From NCBI RefSeq assembly GCF_000406145.1, contig NZ_CM001976.1:4455175-4487174 (forward strand): DNA of 32,000 nucleotides, written 5' to 3'. Source of the DNA: Dickeya dadantii NCPPB 898. Lineage in GTDB: Bacteria; Pseudomonadota; Gammaproteobacteria; Enterobacterales; Enterobacteriaceae. Below, piece by piece: positions 25,315 through 32,000 of this stretch (positions are counted from its first letter, which is position 1; every line of letters starts with the position of its first letter). The notes below the pieces were generated by a model, which did no database searches, was not told where the DNA came from, and saw only the letters and a list, made by a program, of their open reading frames with translations. Made by a program: the position numbers and the translations under genes.

Positions 25315-26349
25315 TTAGCGGGAACGCCGCGCCAGCGCCAGCCCGGCGCCGACCAACAGGCCGATGCTGCCCCACATCAACAGTAGAAAACCGCGCCGTG
25401 GGCTGTCGCGCTGCACCGGCTCTTCCGGTGTATGCAGATAGCGGTAAGTCTGGAACCGGTCCGCCAGCGCAGGCCCGTTTTCAAGCATCGCCAGCGCCGC
25501 CCGTCGCGGCTCGTAATCGGCGTCGAACGTCGGCCCGCTGGCCTTCAGCATGTCCAGACTCGCCTGCAATTGCGCGCTGCCCTGTAAAAACCATTCCGAA
25601 TCGGGCAGCGGCGGCGACGCCTCGTTTTTCGGTTGTACGATCCCTTGCTGGCGCGCAATAGCCAGCGCCTGCGTCAAACGCTGTAGCGTCCGGTCATAGA
25701 CGGCTCGCGCCGCCGTATCCTCGCGTTGCAGCCAGGCGCGTTCAAACCGGACGCGCGCCGCCAAGCTTCCGGCCAGACTCTGATTCAGATGATTGACGGC
25801 CCGCTGGTTGGCGAACTGCACATATTGCCGCAACAGATTGCTGGCGTCTTGCGCGTTATCAGCGCCCAATTTGAGGGTATCGTTGGTTTTTTTGGCATCA
25901 TCGCGCGGCATAAACTGAATATCGTTGATCAGCGCATCCAGCAGAACGGCATCCGCCTTGTCATCGCCTTTCTGGCGCGCGCGGTAATAAGCAGACTGCA
26001 GCCAGAATTCACGCCGGGTATCGTAGGCGGCGGCCTGCATCGTGAATTCGGTGTAGGCATCCGCCATAATGGCGCTGCCGTCCGGTATCGCCGCCGTCGG
26101 CGCATCCAGCGAACGCAGCCACTGCTGCTGGTCGAAGAATGTCGACAGCATGGCGGCCGTTGGTTTATCGGTTACCGCGGTGGTGCGCCATACCGGCTGC
26201 GCCAGCCAGGAATACATCAGCGCCAGCAGCGCAAACAGCGCCGCCGAGCCGACAATCCACATCTTGCCTTGCCACAGCGCCCGGCAGAGCCGGCGAATAT
26301 CCAGCTCATTATCCGGCGACATCGGCTGAGGGGAGGTTTCCGGTTTCAT
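25315..26349 (-). CDS. wzzE: ECA polysaccharide chain-length modulator
   Basis: 344 aa with N- and C-terminal TM segments flanking a large periplasmic coiled region. The N-terminal NELDIRRLCRALWQGKMWIV matches WzzE. Confidence 0.9.
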   Translation of the reverse strand: MKPETSPQPMSPDNELDIRRLCRALWQGKMWIVGSAALFALLALMYSWLAQPVWRTTAVTDKPTAAMLSTFFDQQQWLRSLDAPTAAIPDGSAIMADAYTEFTMQAAAYDTRREFWLQSAYYRARQKGDDKADAVLLDALINDIQFMPRDDAKKTNDTLKLGADNAQDASNLLRQYVQFANQRAVNHLNQSLAGSLAARVRFERAWLQREDTAARAVYDRTLQRLTQALAIARQQGIVQPKNEASPPLPDSEWFLQGSAQLQASLDMLKASGPTFDADYEPRRAALAMLENGPALADRFQTYRYLHTPEEPVQRDSPRRGFLLLMWGSIGLLVGAGLALARRSR

Positions 26350-26360
26350 TGCGCTCCCTG

Positions 26361-26429
26361 ATTCGGTTTATTCACAATTCGGCCCACTCACAATTCAATT
26401 CGGTTTACTCGCCATTCGTTTTACTCGCA
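26361..26429. repeat. Four degenerate tandem copies of a 16-bp unit filling the wecA-wzzE spacer
   Basis: The copies are ATTCGGTTTATTCACA, ATTCGGCCCACTCACA, (ATTCA), ATTCGGTTTACTCGCC and ATTCGTTTTACTCGCA. The last copy contains the final wecA codons and the TAA stop. Confidence 0.85.
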
Positions 26430-27497
26430 ATAACGACGACTTCGCCAATAACGCAGAATACGCCGGACGGCTCGCGCCACCCGCCACGCCCGCTTGATGC
26501 AGTAGCCATAGCCGCCGAACGCCAGCAAAAACAGCGCCAGCATCACATACTCGGGCACCGCCAGCCATTCGCCGGCTATCCCCACCGCCGCCAGCAGCAC
26601 GGCGGCCAGTGTAATCAGCAGACAAGCCTGACGGGAGGTCAGTCCCGCCCGCATCAGCAGATGATGGATATGCTGGCGATCCGGCGAGAACAGACCCGTG
26701 CCTTTACGCAACCGACGATAGACGATCGCCACCATATCCATCAGCGGAATAGCGATAACCCACAGCGCCGTCACCGGCCTGATGGCATTATCCGCGCCTT
26801 GAGAGCTCTGCAACAGCAGCCAGATCGCGGTAAAGCCGATCATGGTGCTGCCCGCATCCCCCATAAACACTTTATAACGTCGGCCCATGAGCTCAAGATT
26901 CAACAAAATGTACGGCAAGATGGCGGCAATCATGGCAAAACTCCACAACGCCAGCGCAAAACTACCGTGGTGATACAGCAGGATGCCCAATCCAGCGAAC
27001 AACACGCAGGACAACCCGCCCAGCAAACCGTCAATGCCGTCCACCATGTTAAAAGCGTTAATGGCCGTCCACACCACAAACAGCGTCATGAGATAACGTA
27101 CCGGCCCCAACCCGATATCCCAAAGCGGCCCCAGAATATACCCCAGACGCTGTAGCAGGATGCCGGCCAGCGCCATCATCAGGATAGCCACGGCCGCCTG
27201 TACCGCTGCCCGCACGCCGATGCTGATATCAAAGCGATCGTCCAGCACGCCAATCAGCACCAGCATACCCGCACACATCAGGTAGATCGGGAAATGGGGA
27301 ATCGGTTCGGAAATGAGAACAGGCAGCAGGCAGACGCCAATGTAGACAGAAATACCGCCAACCAGCGGTACCGCGCCATGATGACGTTTGCGATAGTTTG
27401 GCCGATCAACCAGACCGGTTTTTCTCGCCACGCTGCGCGCCAGCAACAGAGAAAAGAAAGAGCACAAAAATACGGCGACTAATTGAGCACTCATCAT
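26421..27497 (-). CDS. wecA: UDP-GlcNAc:undecaprenyl-phosphate GlcNAc-1-phosphate transferase
   Basis: 358-aa polytopic membrane protein. The motifs GLVDRPNYRKRHHGAVPLVGGISVY and NAFNMVDGIDGL match WecA/Rfe. It is the first gene after rho, as in E. coli. Confidence 0.93.
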   Translation of the reverse strand: MMSAQLVAVFLCSFFSLLLARSVARKTGLVDRPNYRKRHHGAVPLVGGISVYIGVCLLPVLISEPIPHFPIYLMCAGMLVLIGVLDDRFDISIGVRAAVQAAVAILMMALAGILLQRLGYILGPLWDIGLGPVRYLMTLFVVWTAINAFNMVDGIDGLLGGLSCVLFAGLGILLYHHGSFALALWSFAMIAAILPYILLNLELMGRRYKVFMGDAGSTMIGFTAIWLLLQSSQGADNAIRPVTALWVIAIPLMDMVAIVYRRLRKGTGLFSPDRQHIHHLLMRAGLTSRQACLLITLAAVLLAAVGIAGEWLAVPEYVMLALFLLAFGGYGYCIKRAWRVARAVRRILRYWRSRRYCE

Positions 27498-27668
27498 GAT
27501 TTATTCACGCTTAACAGTGCCAGAGAATACTACCGGGAATCACACCAGCCGGTGCTAATTTACCAAATTTTTCAGAAAGTTCCTGCGCGTTCGGGTAACA
27601 AAACATGATGTTGTCCGGCTCCCGACATCGCCGAAGATCAACAGCGCAGAATACAACGTACGAAACAG

Positions 27669-27700
27669 AAAAAAAAACGCCACGATGTCGTGGCGTTTTC
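27669..27700 (-). terminator. Rho-independent terminator downstream of rho
   Basis: The minus strand reads AACGCCACGA-CA-TCGTGGCGTT followed by T9, 18 nt after the rho stop. Confidence 0.85.
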
Positions 27701-27717
27701 TTTAGAGACTCAACCGG

Positions 27718-28977
<1,260 letters not shown>

Positions 28978-29398
28978 AATGGTGGGTTCTTAAACTCGGG
29001 GTAAATCTCGAACTATTAACGTGAATGGTATGGCAGGAACATCCATGCCGCTTAACAGCCTTCAATCACCAGAGATCCGTGTTGCTCAGGCTGAATCGCG
29101 CTGACTCTACGCATACACACGGCAAGAGATCGAAGACACCGTAAAACTAAATTAATGTAAAACTATCAGATTGCCGGCCCGGAGACATACTAACGTGCTG
29201 TTAATGTAATGATTTCCGATCCTGACACGGGATAAAGCTTTAGATTCTAACTTCAGGCTCAAGCCTAAGGGCTCAAACTATAAGGTAAGTACGATATGCA
29301 GTATTGACGAATCTAGCACGCTTCCCGGTGGGCGTCCAGCGGTCAGAATGAGAAAATCTCATCGTACGCTGTCGCCCGGGAACAGAGTGTGTGACAGA
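28978..29398 (-). promoter_or_regulatory. rho leader / promoter region
   Basis: This is a 421-bp non-coding gap between the trxA stop and the rho start. In E. coli the equivalent region carries the rho promoter and Rho-dependent autoregulatory attenuators. I could not place the promoter or find a conserved leader peptide here. Confidence 0.4.
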
Positions 29399-29725
29399 TT
29401 ACAGATTGGCGTTCAGGAACTCTTTCAACTGGCCTTTGGACAGCGCGCCCACTTTGGTGGCGGCGACTTCGCCATTCTTGAACAGCAGCAGAGTCGGGAT
29501 ACCGCGGATGCCGTATTTCGGCGCAGTAGCCGGGTTTTCATCAATGTTGAGCTTGGCGACCGTCAGTTTACCGTCGAACTCATCGGCGATCTCATCCAGA
29601 ATCGGAGCAATCATTTTACAGGGACCACACCAGTCAGCCCAGAAATCAACCAGTGTCACATGTTCAGACTGCAATACGTCCGCCTCGAAACTGTCGTCTG
29701 TCAGATGAATAATTTTATCGCTCAT
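29399..29725 (-). CDS. trxA: Thioredoxin 1
   Basis: 108 aa with the WCGPC active site. It is near-identical to E. coli TrxA ([12 protein letters not shown]...[13 protein letters not shown]...[33 protein letters not shown]). Confidence 0.97.
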   Translation of the reverse strand: MSDKIIHLTDDSFEADVLQSEHVTLVDFWADWCGPCKMIAPILDEIADEFDGKLTVAKLNIDENPATAPKYGIRGIPTLLLFKNGEVAATKVGALSKGQLKEFLNANL

Positions 29726-29844
29726 GTTTTACTCCGCAGGATTATCTCTACCCAGTTGGTGTAGCATTAACCAACTATTAGGTTGACTTTATTTCACTGG
29801 ATACGCTTTCGTAAAGCAATAGTTAACTGATATTCTACCACGCT

Positions 29845-31131
29845 ATGAGCAAAACACACTTAACCGAACAGAAGTTTTCCGACTTCGCACTGCATCCGCA
29901 GGTTATTGAAGCTCTTGAAAATAAAGGCTTTCATAACTGTACGCCCATTCAGGCGCTGGCGTTGCCGCTGACGCTGTCAGGGCGTGACGTGGCGGGCCAG
30001 GCGCAAACAGGAACAGGCAAGACGCTGGCGTTTCTGGCGTCTACATTTCATTATTTGCTGACTCACCCCGCTCCCGCCGAACGTCAGACCAATCAACCTC
30101 GCGCCCTGATCATGGCGCCGACCCGTGAGCTGGCGGTGCAGATCCATACCGATGCCGAAGCGCTGGCGAAGGCGACCGGTCTGCGGTTGGGGCTGGCTTA
30201 CGGCGGCGACGGCTACGACAAACAGCTAAAAGTGCTGGAAGACGGCGTCGATATTCTGATCGGCACCACCGGTCGTTTAATCGATTACACCAAGCAAAAC
30301 CACGTTAATATGGGCGCCATTCAGGTCGTGGTGCTGGATGAGGCCGATCGCATGTACGATCTCGGCTTTATCAAGGATATTCGCTGGTTGTTCCGCCGCA
30401 TGCCGTCGGCCAATCAGCGTCTGAACATGCTGTTCTCCGCCACCTTATCCTACCGCGTGCGTGAACTGGCGTTCGAACAGATGAACAACGCCGAATACGT
30501 CGAAGTGGAACCGGAGCAGAAAACCGGTCACCGCATCAAGGAAGAACTGTTTTACCCTTCCAATGAAGAGAAGATGCGTCTGCTGCAAACGCTTATCGAG
30601 GAAGAGTGGCCGGATCGCTGCATCATCTTCGCCAACACCAAGCACCGCTGTGAAGATATCTGGGGTCATCTGGCCTCCGACGGTCATCGCGTCGGCCTGC
30701 TGACCGGCGACGTGGCGCAGAAAAAACGGCTACGCATTCTGGAAGATTTCACCCAGGGTAACCTGGATATTCTGGTGGCGACCGATGTGGCGGCACGTGG
30801 TCTACACATTCCGGCCGTGACCCACGTATTCAACTACGACCTGCCTGACGATTGCGAAGATTACGTACACCGTATCGGCCGTACCGGTCGCGCGGGCGCC
30901 AGCGGCTGCTCCATCAGTCTGGCCTGTGAAGAATACGCGTTGAATTTGCCGGCCATTGAAGACTACATCGGCCATCGTATTCCGGTGAGCAAATACAGCA
31001 GTGAAGCCCTGCTGACCGAACTGCCGGAGCCGAAGCGACTGAGTCGTCCGCGCTCTGCCGGCGGCCCGCGTCGCCCAGGCGCGCCTCGCCGCAGCGGCGC
31101 ACCCCGTAACAACCGTAAACGACCGGGTTGA
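29845..31131 (+). CDS. rhlB: ATP-dependent RNA helicase RhlB (DEAD-box, degradosome)
   Basis: 428 aa with motifs [25 protein letters not shown] and [10 protein letters not shown], plus an Arg-rich C-terminal tail. It is divergent from trxA, as in E. coli. Confidence 0.95.
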   Translation: MSKTHLTEQKFSDFALHPQVIEALENKGFHNCTPIQALALPLTLSGRDVAGQAQTGTGKTLAFLASTFHYLLTHPAPAERQTNQPRALIMAPTRELAVQIHTDAEALAKATGLRLGLAYGGDGYDKQLKVLEDGVDILIGTTGRLIDYTKQNHVNMGAIQVVVLDEADRMYDLGFIKDIRWLFRRMPSANQRLNMLFSATLSYRVRELAFEQMNNAEYVEVEPEQKTGHRIKEELFYPSNEEKMRLLQTLIEEEWPDRCIIFANTKHRCEDIWGHLASDGHRVGLLTGDVAQKKRLRILEDFTQGNLDILVATDVAARGLHIPAVTHVFNYDLPDDCEDYVHRIGRTGRAGASGCSISLACEEYALNLPAIEDYIGHRIPVSKYSSEALLTELPEPKRLSRPRSAGGPRRPGAPRRSGAPRNNRKRPG

Positions 31132-31138
31132 GTTGCTG

Positions 31139-32000
31139 ATGCCGAGCTCTTCTTCTCTTTATGCCGCGATCGATTTAGGGTCTAACAGCTTTCACATGCT
31201 GGTCGTGCGTGAAGTGGCCGGCAGCGTACAGACACTGGCGCGCATCAAGCGTAAAGTCCGGCTGGCGGCCGGGCTGGATGCCAACAACCGCCTTTCGCCG
31301 GAAGCGATGCAGCGCGGTTGGCAATGTCTGGCGCTGTTTTCCGAACGGTTGCAGGATATCCCGCCCCAGCAGGTACGCGTCGTCGCAACGGCTACGCTAA
31401 GACTGGCGACCAACGCTGACGAATTCCTTGAACGAGCCCGGCAAATTCTGGGTCTGCCGATTCAGGTCATCAGCGGCGAAGAAGAAGCACGGCTTATCTA
31501 TCAGGGCGTCGCCCATACCACCGGCGGGCCGGAACAACGGCTGGTGGTGGATATCGGCGGCGGCAGCACCGAGCTGGCGACCGGCACCGGCGCCCACCAT
31601 ACCCAACTATTCAGCCTGCCAATGGGTTGCGTCACCTGGCTGGAGCGTTATTTTACCGACCGCGATCTGACTCAGGCGCATTTTGATCGCGCCGAACAGG
31701 CCGCCCGCGAGATGCTGCGTCCGGTGAAAGATATCCTGCGCCAGCAAGGCTGGCAGGTTTGCGTCGGCGCATCCGGTACGGTGCAGGCGCTGCAGGAGAT
31801 CATGGTGGCGCAGGGGATGGATGAATACATCACCCTCGGCAAACTGCGTCAGTTGAAACAGCGCGCGATTCAGTGCAGCAAGCTGGAAGAGCTGGAAATT
31901 GAAGGCCTGACGCTGGAGCGGGCGCTGGTATTTCCCAGCGGGCTGTCGATTCTGCTGGCTGTCTTTCAGGAGCTGGAGATCGACTCCATGACGCTGGCGG
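31139..32000 (+). CDS. gppA: Guanosine pentaphosphate phosphohydrolase GppA (5' part, truncated by the window end)
   Basis: It is absent from the ORF track because there is no stop inside the window. I translated it by hand from the ATG at 31139: [46 protein letters not shown]...DIGGGSTEL... The frame stays open to the window end. It matches the Ppx/GppA N-terminus and the rhlB-gppA synteny. Confidence 0.9.
   Translation, partial: MPSSSSLYAAIDLGSNSFHMLVVREVAGSVQTLARIKRKVRLAAGLDANNRLSPEAMQRGWQCLALFSERLQDIPPQQVRVVATATLRLATNADEFLERARQILGLPIQVISGEEEARLIYQGVAHTTGGPEQRLVVDIGGGSTELATGTGAHHTQLFSLPMGCVTWLERYFTDRDLTQAHFDRAEQAAREMLRPVKDILRQQGWQVCVGASGTVQALQEIMVAQGMDEYITLGKLRQLKQRAIQCSKLEELEIEGLTLERALVFPSGLSILLAVFQELEIDSMTLA

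Noticed and set aside
26361-26429. A CRISPR-like array, considered because of the short tandem repeats.
   Set aside because: The units are 16 bp, directly abutting with no spacers, and degenerate. No cas genes are present. This is a simple tandem reiteration.
27498-27668. An ops/JUMPStart (RfaH) element upstream of wecA. The minus strand contains CCCGGTAGTA.
   Set aside because: Only 6 of the 8 core ops bases (GGCGGTAG) match, and I do not know the ECA operon to be RfaH-dependent. The evidence is insufficient.
28978-29398. A rhoL-type leader peptide upstream of rho.
   Set aside because: Only trivial ORFs are present (for example ATG-TCT-CCG-GGC-CGG-CAA-TCT-GAT-TAG), and none resembles the E. 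coli RhoL I remember. I left the region as a generic regulatory leader.
29754-29840. Promoter and operator elements in the trxA-rhlB divergent region: a 7-bp inverted repeat AGTTGGT-N9-ACCAACT, TTGACT at 29782, and an extended -10-like TGGTAGAAT on the minus strand at 29832-29840.
   Set aside because: No -35/-10 pair with proper spacing could be assembled for either gene, and the isolated hexamers are not enough to annotate.

Overview
This is a chromosomal segment from a GC-rich member of the Enterobacterales. Gene order and protein sequences look like a soft-rot Pectobacteriaceae genome such as Dickeya, but that is inference from recall, with no search run.

Conserved backbone:
- hemX-hemY (+).
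- The sRNA gene glmZ (-), with a sigma54-type promoter and three TGTC-N10-GACA activator boxes.
- The argX-hisR-leuT-proM tRNA operon (-) and yifK (-).
- The enterobacterial common antigen (ECA) cluster wecA-wzzE-wecB-wecC-wecD-wecE-wzxE-wecF-wzyE-wecG (-). It is complete except that rffG/rffH are absent between wecC and wecD.
- rho (-), trxA (-), rhlB (+), and the 5' part of gppA (+, runs off the window and is absent from the ORF track).

About 11 kb of accessory genes lie between glmZ and the 3' end of tRNA-Pro. This is the slot where I recall E. coli K-12 carrying aslA-aslB. It holds two divergent units.

1. A tightly packed six-gene minus-strand operon: adenylosuccinate-lyase-family lyase, GNAT acetyltransferase, amino-acid ABC binding protein, permease, ATPase, and M20 amidohydrolase. 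It is colinear with the Bacillus subtilis yxeK-P S-(2-succino)cysteine salvage operon, with a fumarate-lyase-superfamily enzyme in place of the monooxygenase. This is my best candidate for the interesting system.
2. A plus-strand AraC regulator, outer-membrane channel, MFS transporter and amidase-signature enzyme. I read it as an envelope-spanning uptake and hydrolysis module for an unknown amide.

Smaller oddities are short tandem reiterations of gene 3' ends inside the ECA cluster and intercistronic hairpins. I found no CRISPR array, integrase, transposase or rRNA. All identifications rest on reading the supplied translations and sequence and on remembered homologues. No alignments or statistics were computed.
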